This document shows, one piece after another, positions 1 to 12,306 of a stretch of 64,000 nucleotides of DNA. Source of the stretch: the human T2T-CHM13v2.0 reference genome, Homo sapiens; NCBI RefSeq assembly GCF_009914755.1, contig NC_060926.1; one strand, written 5' to 3'. The notes under the pieces are model-generated. The model worked only from the letters and a program-made list of their open reading frames with translations. It made no database searches and was not told the DNA's origin. Positions within the stretch are counted from its first letter, which is position 1. Each line of letters opens with the position of its first letter. Made by a program: the position numbers and the translations under genes.

Positions 1-427
1 TCAAGGGATAATTTAATAAAATAAAATAAAACAAATTTGTATTTACCTGAAAATCTTTCCCTTGAAATGTATGCCTATAATTAGCCACGCATTTGTTAGT
101 CTGAATTTCCGAAATACCTTCAATTTACCTGAACATTCTCCCAGAGGATGACAAAGTTTAAATTTTTCTGTCATACACAGACATAGTATTATCATACTCA
201 AAATAATAGATGAGTTTGAAGAAAAAAAAAAAACCTGTGGCTATAATATGTATATGTTCTTCCCTGTACTTAGAGCTCCCTTCAGTGTGTTTGGATTATC
301 TTGCCCCTTTCCTCTACCATAACATTATAGAAACTATTTCTTTATGAGAGAAAAGGCTCATCTCTTACATATGAGTAGAAAATAAACAAAAATATTATTG
401 TATTTTCTGCTAGATTTACTTGGAAGT

Positions 428-963
428 ATGTTCCAGTCACTATGGCTGCATAGTAAATTACCCTAAAACATGTGGTCTAAGACAACCACTTATAGTCTCG
501 GTCCGAAATTATACAGGGCAGAGCACGAATGGCTTTTTCTCTCTACTGCATGATGTCTGAAGCCTTAGCAGGAAAACTGGGAGACTGGGTGCTGGAAGAG
601 TCATCTGAAGGCTCACTCCCTCAGTCACATTGCTGATGGATGGTCCACGCTGGCTGTCAGTTAGGGTGCTCATTTCTTCTCTGTGCGGGAGTCTCTCCGT
701 GTGTGCGAATTTGAGTTCCAAGGATGAGTATCCTAGAGAGAGGAAGAAAGGGAAAGGCCAGATTGCCCTTGAGGGCCTATCCTTGGAAGTCATGTGGCAT
801 AACTTGCGCGGCATTCTATTGTTGTGTCAACTGCAGAGCCCCGCCCATTTTCAAAGGGATGGGAAATACACTCGACTTTTTGAAGAGGAGTGGCAAGGTA
901 CTAGAAAAGCGTGTTGGACTGAAAATATTGTTGTGGTCACTTTTGAGAAATACTATCTGCCAC
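428..963 (-). mobile_element. MaLR LTR, old MLT1 group (MLT1F-K-like)
   Basis: Begins with an antisense MLT1 end (atgttccagtcactatggctgcatagtaaattaccctaaaac) and ends at tactatctgccac. Subfamily uncertain. Confidence 0.7.
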
Positions 964-1149
964 CGAGAACTTAGGTATTTAGGAAGAATGTGACAGTGGA
1001 TAATTCTTAATATGCAACGTCAGATTCTTACTGTTTATGAAGCTAGGGCCCAAACAAGCCCCATCTTCTGATATAGATATAATTCAACAAACACTAAGTA
1101 CCTTTCAAGAACAAAACATTATGCTACATAATTTAGGAAATACAAGTAA

Positions 1150-2250
1150 CTTATTTAAGAATGCAAAAAGTACAATACAAAATGTTGAATTTTGGTGAGG
1201 TTGGGAGAGAGAAAGATTATCGTCAGGGAATCTGGAAGTTTTACCTTGATATGAATCTTGACGTGTAAGTAGGATTGATTGAGTAGAGAGAAGAAAGAAC
1301 ATTTCTTCTAAAGAAAAGAGCTTGAGGAATGGTTGCAAGGTGAGGTAAAAAGGTATATTGAGATGATTCATTGGTCTAATATTAGAAGTGGGGAGGAAAT
1401 GGTTACAAGGTGGCGTGGTAAGGGGAGTGAAAAAAAACAACTAGAAGATTTGGATTGGATCATGGACGCTGTCACTGTCTAGGGGCAAGGGAGCAATTTA
1501 AAATTAGTTTTGAGCAGGAAAATTATAATCAGAATTATGCTTTAGGAAGGATTCTCTTCTAGAACTACATAGCTAGGGAAGACAAAGGAAGTGACAGGGA
1601 GGCAATCGGGAAAATATCTTCAAACATAAGGCAGCAAGCAGTAAGAGCCTGGGTTAGAATAGATCCAGAGGTTACCAAAAAACGTTTTGACATAAGGGCT
1701 TTCCCAAGGTAGAAATGACTGGACAGAATGCATAATAGAATTTCTGGGCAAATGATTGTGTATTAAATATAGTGAAGAGACAACTCTCTATTTTAAAACC
1801 AGGAACACCTGGAGGCTGATGAAGACAATAATAGTTAAAAGAACAGAAAACGTGAATGGATATGGAGGTCGTTTTTAGGTATGTGGTGGTTATAAGAAGT
1901 TTACAGTATATCAGTGCATAGTTTCCAGAAGATAGGTGGAAATCTAGAGCTTAGAAAAGCCTGAACTATAGGTGAAACAACATTAAGCAGTCAGTCATGA
2001 ACTAAACTACATGGTAGAAGAGAAAGGAAACAGAGAAAGTGTTCACAGCTGAATCTTACCGGACTCATTGAGTGGCATGAAGGAAGAGAAATAGAAGTCA
2101 GTAAACAGGCAGCCAAGAGGGGATCCAGGAACAACATAGACAAAAATAAGGAAGAGCACCTTTTCAACATTGAAGGAATCCATGGTGTCAACTGTCGGAG
2201 ATTACCGTCTGCAACAATGGAGAAGGACTCAAAAGATTTTATGCAGCACT
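1150..2250 (-). mobile_element. L2 LINE fragments, highly diverged
   Basis: Purine-rich antisense-L2-like text, e.g. ttttgagcaggaaaattataatcagaattatgctttaggaagg. Boundaries approximate. Confidence 0.55.
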
Positions 2251-2257
2251 TTAACAG

Positions 2258-2460
2258 CAGTGGTCCTTTCCCAGGAATGATTTTGCAACGCCCCCTGGGA
2301 CATTTGGAAATCTCTGGAGACATTTTTAATTCTTATGACTGGAGGTGCCACTGACAGTGAGTGGATAGAGGTAAGCATCCACAAAGTATAGGATACATCC
2401 ACAACAAAACATCATCTGCCCCAAGATTTTAATAGTGCCATGGTAGACAAATTCTACTCC
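2258..2460 (+). mobile_element. MER20 (hAT-Charlie non-autonomous DNA transposon)
   Basis: cagtggtcc...gattttgc...gggacatttggaaatctctggagacattttt...gtggatagagg...aatagtgcc follows the MER20 consensus. Confidence 0.85.
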
Positions 2461-4204
2461 AGCTCCTGTTGAGCACAGTTGACTGTAAAAGTAAGATTTC
2501 CATCTTTTCTCAAATTCTGTATCACTTTTCAAAATTAGAAAGGGCGGGTCCTCAGAATGCCACAATTTTTATGGTACCTCATAATTTCAAAAATGGGCCC
2601 AAGACTCATTTTTCCTTTTTAGACTAAGTAGCAGCAACAGATCCTATATGTTTCCAACAGTAAATGTCAAGTCTACTTAAGAGTCATGAACTGGCTCTAT
2701 TTACCTTGTCTAATTCAATATGGATTTTTCAATGTGCAGCTTGAAAGCTGGCCTGCTGTAGGCTTGTATGTTACAGGTTAATGTTCATTTTAAATGCATT
2801 AAAAATTACTTAAATTAAATACATCTTAAAGCCTGTTTGCTAAGGTCTGTGAATGAAATATAAAGAATTCAGCAAAATGTGTATTTGTTTTCAACTTTGC
2901 TCTCTAAGACAGTTATATTTTTAGAGTAGCAAGAAAAAAAAAGATGTTTCTGGGAAAAAAATTCATTGTGGAATAACCTGACATTCTGATAACAGTGATA
3001 TTTTTACTCAAATGCATACCTTAAAAATAATTTCAGGCAGGTGTGGTTCTTCTCTCAACAGTGACCAATTTTTAAAAGACTAAATATAACTTGTTGCATC
3101 TTCACATGAAGCAAACTTCTTAAATTTACTAACTACACAATCAAATATCTTTCAGAAGATGTTGATTTATTTATGTAAAAAGCAAGATAGTACAAAGTGG
3201 CATTGGGGAATTATTTCCCTTCTGCCCTGGGCCTTTGAATCATAGGCTACATCATGCTGCTCAGCTGTTGACTCTGGACAGAGTCCAGGACAGCACAGTA
3301 CTGTGGAAGATGCCAGAAAGATGCACCTCCCTATAGCAAATGAAGTAAGAATTATCTTCTTTACAAACTCCAGAGGATAGCAGAATGATTTGCATTGCAG
3401 TTGATATGCAGAACATTTGTCTTTAATTTTTGGTGTCGGTCAGGGGGCACTTTTAGTTCACAAGATGGCATATTGCTCTCCTAGGAAGTAAAAGGAAGAA
3501 AAGCTCTTAGAGAATGCTTGTGCCCATCTTTGCTGACTGGATCCTAACATATTTAAGCACACAATGATGACTTCTTCAATCAGCATTGCTTAATTGTCCT
3601 TGCTGAGAGAGTCAAGGATGATAGCAAAAGAAAAACAAAATTAATTTCTTCTACCAAGGCACTTGGCATGCCAGAAATAAACCATTAGTCTGCCTGTCCT
3701 TTTAGGAGCATCTTGCTAGTTGAGACTACCCAGGTAATAAAATCAGTGTGTGCCTCGTTTTCTGTGGTGAGAGCAGCAGCGTGCTTCCATTTCCAGAACT
3801 TGCTCGCGGTTTTGACAGCCAGTGGAGTTGTTGTTTGCTGTATTCACATCCTAGGGCTAGGGAAGTTGCCAGGTATTGCAGCTGTGCAGAAGTATGGAGG
3901 CTCATTTTACAGAGGAGACTTCTCATGGAATTCCGTAGAAATTTCATAATGGAGAAATGCTTGGCACTTTGGGAAGAAGAATTTGTTTTAAATTTTCTTG
4001 GCAGAGCTCCTCCATGACAATAAAGTGCTCAGAAAGCAGTGCCTACTAGGGCTCAAGTAATTCCAGAGCCCAATCCTTTGAAAGGTAACCGTAACTATTT
4101 TATTAAGATGTGCACTTCTCCCCAATTTGGGTGATCTGACCAGGAATGGTGAATTTACTGTTCAGCTAATTTTAATGAAGTCCAATGAAGAGTAAAATAT
4201 CCAA

Positions 4205-4257
4205 TTACTGGTTTACAAGTAAATTCAAGTAGTTACTGGTTTACAAGTAAATTCAAG
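4205..4257. repeat. Local tandem duplication, 28-bp period
   Basis: ttactggtttacaagtaaattcaag at 4205-4229 and at 4233-4257. Confidence 0.95.
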
Positions 4258-5439
4258 GAGTCCACCAACCATGGTTGAACCATGCTGGATTCATTTATGA
4301 AGGATGAATTATGCATTAAGTTTAGACCATAAAAATAAATAATATAAAGTCAAGTACAATATAAGGAGAGATATTTTGGGAGGTATTTATAAAAATTAGT
4401 TATGTAAACACTAAGTCAGAAAAGAATAATATTCTGATAAGCCAGTTTTATTGCTGGTGATTATGGGGTCATATGAAGATTGAAATTGAAGATAGTTTTG
4501 TGATAAGAAAAGCAACAATGTAGAATGAATCTCTCCTGGAGTTTTGGGATCTGGTTTACTTTTTGGGACTTAACCACTCTTTATGATCTTTGTTAGCTGT
4601 AACATGAGAAAAAAATATCCTAGTGTATGTGAAACATTTTTACACTTTCACTAAGATCTCAAGCTCACATCATACGAGGGAGTGGGTCTATAGAGTCATG
4701 TGGCATATGTGTTCAATAAATGGCAGTGATTCAAGCCCTTATTAATTTTTTGTCATAGAGCAAGAATAACATGAACAAGCTTGTGTTCAATAAAGCTTTT
4801 GCTATTAATGTTTATTACTAAATTAATTTCTACTCTAACTCCCATTCATGTACTCCTCCTCATTCCCCAATCTCAAGCAAATTTAAAAAAGGAATTTCTT
4901 TATTTGGGATGAAATTGATTATTCATACATGTATAAATTATACATCAGATAATATATATAGCCATAGTCTTACTTTCCTAATCTTTAAGAGACCTGTAAA
5001 TTAAAGGACATTTGTAAAATTTGCTTTTTGTTTAAATAATTTGTAATATAAGAAATTAATGTGATTAGTGAATTGTATTCTAGGAACTACAAGTACCCAC
5101 AATAAAGCCAGAAATTGAAAAGCTAGAGAAAGACGATGGATGGAAATTTGAAGCAAACCAATGACTATGAAAAAACAGCCTTTACCTCTTTCATTTCCCC
5201 TTAATCAAAATTCTTTCATAACTGCAGCTAAGTTCAAGATTCTCATTAGAGAGATCTCTAATGGGAAAAAATCTAGGAAAGACAGTATCACTGATAGATT
5301 CCTGAAGCCCACTTTAAACTCAGCAGCCTTCCTCTCTTCTACTGTAAAGTGCAGCATTCCCTAATGACCAAAAAGGTTAAGATCCAAAACTCCAAGTGGT
5401 GGCTTGGGATTTAAAAATCATTTTCTCCTTTATAATATT

Positions 5440-6360
5440 GATGCATTATTAGGATCTACTATCTTCTATGTACTGTGCCCAACATTGGGGATATAAGGGT
5501 AAGTTAGAAACAATTCTTGCTGTCAAGGAATTCATGATCATCTCAGGGAGATAGAAACATCAGCAGATGGATAATATTTTATTTAGCAGAATTCCCAGAG
5601 TGATAGGGAAGGCAGGCCAGCATGGCAGGACAACTTCCAGAAGAGAGGTCAGAGTGGTGAAATAACCTGTCCTTGTCCTCCAGTATCTATATGTTCACAA
5701 ATTGGGTGGGACACATAGTAGGAAGGTAGGCTACAGAAGGAATTGAGGTAGAACAGCTCAGTATGATGTTGGAGACTGAGGGAGTCATAAAATGTGTTTC
5801 TCTTTGGAGCTCCTTATACCTTCAGAAAAGGTCCTAAACTTACAGGAAGCCGAGTATGCTTGAATTTCTATGGGAAGACATGGATCCGTGAGGCTACATT
5901 TGGAAGCTAGATGTGGAACACATGGAATGATACAGCCTGCAGGGGGCTGTGGAATGGAGCAGAACCTCTGGTAGGAGAACAGGATCCACTAGGGTATCAT
6001 GTGCTCAGAACCCTGATAGAAGAAAATGCAAAATGCCATTGGAGTTCTATGAAGAACACCGTAAGTGGGGAGGGGATCAATCTCCGAGAAGGCTTTGCGG
6101 AATGAAAAAGGGATGAGATGAATCTTAAAGACGAGGAGCTTTTAAGAATAGATTAGGCATTCTAAGCAGAAAAGTAGAAAGAGGGAAATAAATAGCATGG
6201 GATGATTGGATAATTACCATTTGTTTTCAGCAGGGAGAATTTTGGAGATAAGATCTAGATTATAGGAAGCCTTGTCTACATTGTCAGGGAGCTTGAACTT
6301 TATCTCTCAGGCTGTATAAGACACTGGATGCTTTTAAACAAGGGATTGATTTGTTTTAAT
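5440..6360 (-). mobile_element. L2 LINE 3' fragments
   Basis: Antisense L2 3'-end-like text (ctatgtactgtgcccaacattggggatataa...ctgtcaaggaattcatg) and body (gagcttgaactttatctc...ttttaaacaaggg). The middle may include unrelated DNA. Confidence 0.5.
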
Positions 6361-6989
6361 AGTGGGCTTAGGCTTGCAGTTCAGTCCACAAAACTTGTGT
6401 ATGCCTCAATATGCCTGAAGCCTAGGACTGGTGATGGTACATCAATCAAGTGCAGCAAACAAACATCATGATTCCAACAAATCTCATCATCCCCCAAAGG
6501 CCTCAATAAGTTCCTGTCATCAAAGTCATTCCAGCAGCTGTGTTGTGTAAACAATGTGTCTATGGCAAAATAATTGGGAGTTCAACAGTAATCCTTCCCA
6601 CTCTGTAGTAGGATGGAAGTATTCAATGCACTGTTCTCCTCTACCCCAGCACATTTTTGGTAGTAGAAATAGGAGTAGTTCCAACAGCTTAAGACATGGC
6701 TACAGTCAGTCAGAGGCTGGTGGATTTGGATGGTTCTTAATAAGGATCTTGAAAGTGAGTTGCAAGATGCAGGCTTTTCTGCCAGTGGTTCCCTGTGCAT
6801 TCAAAAAAAAAAGTGTGTGAAAATCAAAAGAATTGGAGTATATTCTCTTCTATATATTAGCACTGCTTGAAGCACAACCATTGGTTTATTCCTGGGGTTA
6901 TATATGTTCCTGTGAATATTCTTGTGCACTTCTATTTTTCTTATTAATATTAAAAAAACTGATAACTAAAAGTCACATTATTTTGTGAT

Positions 6990-7462
6990 ATCTTTCCTCA
7001 CCCATCCTAAGGGTCATGACAGCACTCGTATAGCAAAATACAGATTAACAAGAGAAAAGCACAACACATTTATTTAATCAAAGTTTTATGTCACACAAGT
7101 GGCTTCAGAAACGTGTCTATTTTTGTGTTTACATTCCATAAAGAATGAACAGCTGTGTAGAAATGTGATTGGACCAAAGAATATGATCTAATGGTAATAG
7201 ATTAAGGGAGGGTTCTTAGCCAACACCTGACTTCAGATGCTTCTTGGACTCTCGGTGTAGCATTCCTTCCCACTAGATGTGGGGCAGGACCCCTTTGAAA
7301 AAAGTGTCTTATAAACTACTTTCAGGAAGGGTAGGTCAGAGAAGTTCTTTACAGCCAGCTCTGATGCAGAAAAGCAAGGGAAGGTCAGAGTAATCATCTT
7401 GCTTCTGATGATTCAGTCCTTCAGTTCAAAGTACTTTGCGGTAGCATTTTCTGAGCCCCAAC
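6990..7462 (-). mobile_element. ERV1-class solo LTR (MER93/MER92/MER67-like)
   Basis: The minus strand starts tgttggggctcagaaaatgctacc...tactttgaactgaagg, with an AT-rich polyA-signal region near 7070. Confidence 0.65.
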
Positions 7463-7520
7463 ACTCACATTTTACTTATAATTGGCTTCCTTAACATTAA
7501 AGTGTTATATTCTGAGAGCT

Positions 7521-7555
7521 AAAAAAAAAAAAAAAGTGTGTGTGTGTGTGTGTGT
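7521..7555. repeat. A15 plus (GT)10 microsatellite
   Basis: Read directly from the sequence. Confidence 0.95.
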
Positions 7556-7660
7556 AGTTTAACTTTTCTAAAGAATAGCAAGGCAGGGCCCATGGAAAGA
7601 AATGGGTTTTGCACAGAGAAAGCTGCTAAGAAGACGACTGGCTACAGAGTGGACCGATAG

Positions 7661-7705
7661 GGAGGAGTCAAGATGAAGGAGGAGGAGTCAAGACGAAGGA
7701 GGAGT
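7661..7705. repeat. 20-bp tandem duplication
   Basis: ggaggagtcaagatgaagga followed by ggaggagtcaagacgaagga. Confidence 0.9.
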
Positions 7706-7984
7706 AGTGGCTGTCTTGGTGTGCCTTCCATTCAAACACCCTTTTCATGCTCATTGTCATGATGCTGTATTCCAGCGTTCAAGGATTTGATCTAGCGTGT
7801 ATTCTCAGTTCTACTATAGAGCTTACTGTATAGCTACACTTAATAAATTTTAAAACAAAAATAAATAGATCGACCTTGCTTTGAAATGAAAGCCAAAGGG
7901 AGGATGGGAGGGCAGATGGATGGAATTTACAGGCAAGAGTTGATTTAAGACCAATAAGAGGGCAGATGAGCTGGTTATTCTCCA

Positions 7985-8377
7985 TTTGCTCCCCCAGATT
8001 CCTTTTTGGCCTTCCTTTGCCCTGCTCTGTGACTGGAAGTTGCTTTTATGGACTACCCACAGGTTTTTGTTGTTTTAGTTGTTGTTATTGTTGTTCTGGG
8101 CTTTCAGTTAATTGGGGTGAATGGTAGGTATACAGGCAGAATATGAGGGACTGGAAGAGAAATGCAGGTTATTTATTTTTTGCTGGTGTCAGGGCGAGTG
8201 TTCTTTCATGGCTCCTTCTGTCTTAAGACTCCAGTAACACCATCCCCTCCCTTTTCTCCTCCAGGCTTAGAAGTAATAATGGCATCCTATAGTTCAAATG
8301 TATCAGGTGCCTCAAACATCTCTAGCTGGTTGCCTTCATTCCAGACTTTCTATTAAACTGCTCTGAGTGTACTATAT
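7985..8377 (+). mobile_element. LTR33-like ERVL LTR, 5' part (3' end resumes at 10175-10207)
   Basis: ctgctctgtg...gggctttcagttaattggggtgaatggtagg...tattaaactgctctgagtgt. The LTR33-like end catctgtttcttgctaggaacctcactgataga appears after the nested elements. Confidence 0.6.
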
Positions 8378-8719
8378 TGCATTACTCTGTTTATGGGCTG
8401 CAATAACAAAATATTTCAGACCGGGTAATTTATTAAGAATAGAAATTCATTTTCTCACAGTTCTGGAGCCTGGGAAGTCTGCTATCAAGGTGGTGGCAAC
8501 TTCAGTTGTCTGATGAGGGCTGATCTCTGCTTCCAAGATGGCGCCTTATGGCTGCATCTTCTGGAGGGAAAAACACAGTACCCTCACAGGGCAGAACCTG
8601 GAAAAGCAGCTTGTCTCATTCTGTGGGAAGCTTGTTTTATAACTGCTTTAAGTCCATTTACAAAGGGAGGATCTCTCATGACCCAATAACCTTGGAAAGT
8701 ACCCACCACTCAATACTAT
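8378..8719 (-). mobile_element. MaLR LTR (MSTC/MSTD/MLT1A-like), split by LTR12C; remainder at 10113-10174
   Basis: tgcattactc...ttttctcacagttctggagcctgggaagtc...ttccaagatggcgcc...caatactat, continuing as cacattggcaacac...ttaaagca after the LTR12C. Confidence 0.8.
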
Positions 8720-10112
8720 TGTGTCCGGAATTGGTGGGTTCTTGGTCTCACTGACTTCAAGAATGAAGCCGCAGACCCTCGCGGTGAGTGTTACAGCTCT
8801 TAAGGTAGCGCGTCTGGAGTTTGTTCCTTCTGATGTTCGGATGTGTTCGGAGTTTCTTCCTTCTGGTGGATTCGTGGTCTCGCTGGCTCAGGAGTGAAGC
8901 TGCAGACCTTCGCGGTGAGTGTTAGGGCTCTTAAGGCAGCGCGTCTGGAGTTGTTCGTTCCTCCTGGTGGGCTCGTGGTCTCGCTGGCTTCAGGAGTGAA
9001 GCTGCAGACCTTCGCGGTGAGTGTTACAGCTCATAAAGGCAGTGTGGACCCAAAGAGTGAGCAGTAGCAAGATTTATTGCAAAGAGCGAAAGAACAAAGC
9101 TTCCACAGTGTGGAAAGGGACCCGAGCGGGTTGCCACTGCTGGCTCAGGCAGCCTGCTTTTATTCTCTTATCTGGCCCCGCCCACGTCCTGCTGTTTGGT
9201 AAAGCCCAGTGGTCTGTTTTGACAGGGCGCTGATTGGTGCATTTACAATCCCTGAGCTAGACACAAAGGTTCTCCACGTCCCCCACCAGATTAGTTACAG
9301 AGTAGGGACACAAAGGTTCTCCAAGGCCCCACCAGAGTAGCTAGATACAGAGTGTAGATTGGTGCATTCACAAACCCTGAGCTAGATACCGAGTGCTGAT
9401 TGGTGTATTTACAATCCCTGGGCTAGACATAAAGGTTCTCCACGTCCCCACCAGACTCAGGAGCCCAGCTGGCTTCACCCAGTGGATCCCGCACTGGGGC
9501 TGCAGGTGGAGCTGCCTGCCAGTCCCGCGCCCTGCGCCCACACTCCTCAGCCCTTGGGTGGTCAATGGGACTGGGCGCCCTGGAGCAGGGGGTGGCACCA
9601 GGGAGGCTCGGACCCCACGGGAGCCCATGGAGGGGGTGGGAGGCTCAGGCATGGCGGGCTGCAGGTCCCGAGCCCTGCCCCGCAGGAAGGCAGCTAAGGC
9701 CCGGTGAGAAATCGAGCGCAGCGCCAGGTGGGCTGGCACTGCTGGGGGACCAAGTACACCCTCCGCAGCCGCTGGCCAGACTGCTAAGCCCCTCATTCCC
9801 CGGGCCGGCGGGGCCGGCAGAGCCGGCAGGCTGCTCCGAGTGAGGGGCCCGCCAAGCCCATGCCCACCCTGAACTCCAGCTGGCCCTCAAGCGCCGCACC
9901 CGCAGCCCCTGTTCCCGCTCACGCTTCTCCCTCCACACCTCCCTGCAAGCTGAGGGAGCTGGCTCTGGCCTTGGCCAGCCCAGAAAGGGGCTCCCACAGT
10001 GCAGGGGCGGGCTGAAGGGCTCCTCAAGTGCCGCCAAAGTGGGAGCCCAGGCAGAGGAGGCACCGAGAGCGAGCGAGGGCTGTGAGGACTGCCAGCACGC
10101 TGTCACCTCTCA
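8720..10112 (-). mobile_element. LTR12C (HERV9/ERV9) solo LTR, both termini intact
   Basis: The minus strand starts TGAGAGGTGACAGCGTGCTGGCAG and ends CCAATTCCGGACACA. It has U5 repeats (gcagaccttcgcggtgagtgtta) and CCAAT/GATA units. A perfect 4-bp TSD CTAT lies at 8716-8719 and 10113-10116. Confidence 0.97.
9130..9410 (-). promoter_or_regulatory. ERV9 LTR U3 promoter/enhancer (CCAAT boxes, GATA-like motifs, AATAAA TATA-equivalent)
   Basis: CCAAT boxes read as gattgg at ~9232, ~9357 and ~9398. Minus-strand AATAAA at 9159-9164 predicts a start near 9131-9137. The LTR polyA signal is at 9073-9078. Activity cannot be shown from sequence alone. Confidence 0.65.
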
Positions 10113-12306
10113 CTATCACATTGGCAACACCTGAAATTGTTGTGGAGTGGGGTGGTCACACTCAAATTAAAGCACATCTGTTTCTTGCTAGGAACCTCAC
10201 TGATAGAGCAGAGATTTCTGAACCATGAGGAAATGGAGGAGGAACATGTGACAGAGCTTCAGAAAAGAACTTCACACTTGGGTAGAAAACACTTCAATAT
10301 GTCTACAGTAAAAAAAAAAAAAATAAAAATTATATATATATTTTTTTTTTTAATATATGAACTGCTCTCCTAATGCATACAAGCAGCACATATCCCCAAG
10401 TCTGTCCATTAATATAAAATGAACAGGAGTATTTTTCCAGCTGTCTGAAATTATCTCTTTATTTTTAATTCCATAAGCCTAAGGAAGGGCAAAGAGAGCA
10501 CACTGGGGGAAGATGGAGTCACCGCAGCCACCTCCAAAACTAATCCTGAAAGCTTGGTATGCAGCACGGGACCTGGGGAAATACAATCAATACATGGGCC
10601 AGTGCTTTCTGTTGATTCACAGACTTGAAAAGAAAAAAGGAGAAAATAAAAAGCTTTAATAGCTCAAAAGTGGCTTAATGCAAAATATTAACATACCACA
10701 AAATGCATGCTCTGATAGAATTAAGGCGATCTTTTCAAGCTTTCTGTACTTGGCTGTCAGAGTCAGCATCCAGACCTCCCTGAAATATGAGGAGAAATCA
10801 TTAACATCAGAAGCACATTTAAGGCTTGATGTTCCCTTTATTTTTGAAGCACAGGTCCTAAGCTCAGAACGTGGGAATCAGAAATGTTTTCCATTCACTT
10901 TGGCTATAAACAAAGCAGATTAACTTGGTGAATAATGTATACTCTTAATTCAGTATTTATTTCTTACATATTTAGACTCTCAAAAACATTGCTATTTTTA
11001 TTTTGAAATAGTTACATAGAGATTGCCATTACTAATATCTGTCAGAAAACAAACTAAAGAACTCTCTAGCCTCATATATTAAAGACATTCACCTGTAACC
11101 TTGTCATTGTTCATATACACAAAGTAGGGGGTTATATTTTACGTAAAGCTATATTATGGTAATTTGTAAGAGTGCAATATAAAATATTAATGAATTCTCA
11201 GTTTTCATAAAAAATTTGAAATAATAAAATTTTATGTTTATTCCTATAGGAAAATTAGTTTTAAATGACATGAATTTCAAATTATGTGACATCTTCAAAG
11301 AAGCATTCTTTGCATAAAATATGACTGTACTTAAGTGTCTTGCTTTGCAGGACTAACTTATCTTTTATTAGGCATATTGATAGTCAAGTTGTGTAAGTTC
11401 AGAAACTATTCACCAGTAGATTCCAAAGTAGAAAGCATCACAAGAAATGTAGAAGCTGCCCACATTCAAAGTAATAAATCACCAGGATTCAAACTCACTT
11501 AGTAAGCTTACTTAAGCCATGTTAACTGGCTAGAATAAATTAGATTGATAATTTGGAGTAAACTTCTTCAAAAACTATTGGAAAGATCCTGTTCTGGATG
11601 AATGGGACTTATTTGCTTAATTGTTTGGACTGTAGGGCTACTTCGATGAGACAGTTAAAATGCTATGCCATAGGATAGGACTGTCAGCTTTCTCAAGGTC
11701 AACAATTTCTTTCCAGCCAGACATCTCCAAACTATGTGCCACCGGGGGTCGAAAGTCACTATTTGAGGGGTTGAGTAGAAAGACAATCACCAATCCAAGC
11801 AAGTTCTTAACATACAAATCAGTTGTATTCCAAAATCACATTTGTCAATTTTTGTCTGTAGAACTTAATTCTCATTTCCCCCCAAAAAATTGCTATATAT
11901 TTTGAGAAGCTTTCACAGTGGTTCAGTTATTTGACCTACAACAGGTCCAATATTAATTATACTGTAACTGACATTCCCAATGCCTCACTATGGAAAACAA
12001 GTAAGTCCTATTAAAGTCCAATGAAGAAAAGTACCTTAATATTCTGCACTTTGTATCTCTGCCTACGTAATGCATGCAACAGGATGTTAAAATGGGAGTT
12101 TCTGCTGTGGCACCAAGCCTCCATACTGTATTACAAAGGAGATGTTAGACCATATGCAGAATTTCAAAATAGAAAGCCTTTCACTGACTTGGAGCTCCTT
12201 CCCATCCAATGAGAGATGAAAGGGTCAAGTAAATGGATATTAGGGAAAGGTGTGTATGAGCATTTTTTTAGAGAACAGCTGATGGGGTGTGAGCTCTGTT
12301 GCATAC

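Noticed and set aside
509-993. Overlapping ORFs of 89-114 aa
   Set aside because: They lie within an MLT1 LTR and show no coding signature.
8760-9035. Direct repeats separated by spacers, superficially CRISPR-like
   Set aside because: These are the standard U5 repeats of LTR12/ERV9; the context is eukaryotic and there are no cas genes.
8843-10228. Cluster of long GC-rich ORFs (up to 153 aa)
   Set aside because: They lie within or start in LTR12C; open frames are expected from high GC content, and there is no protein-family signal.
10310-10351. A-run/(TA)n/T-run quasi-palindrome
   Set aside because: Short low-complexity sequence of a kind common in AT-rich DNA.
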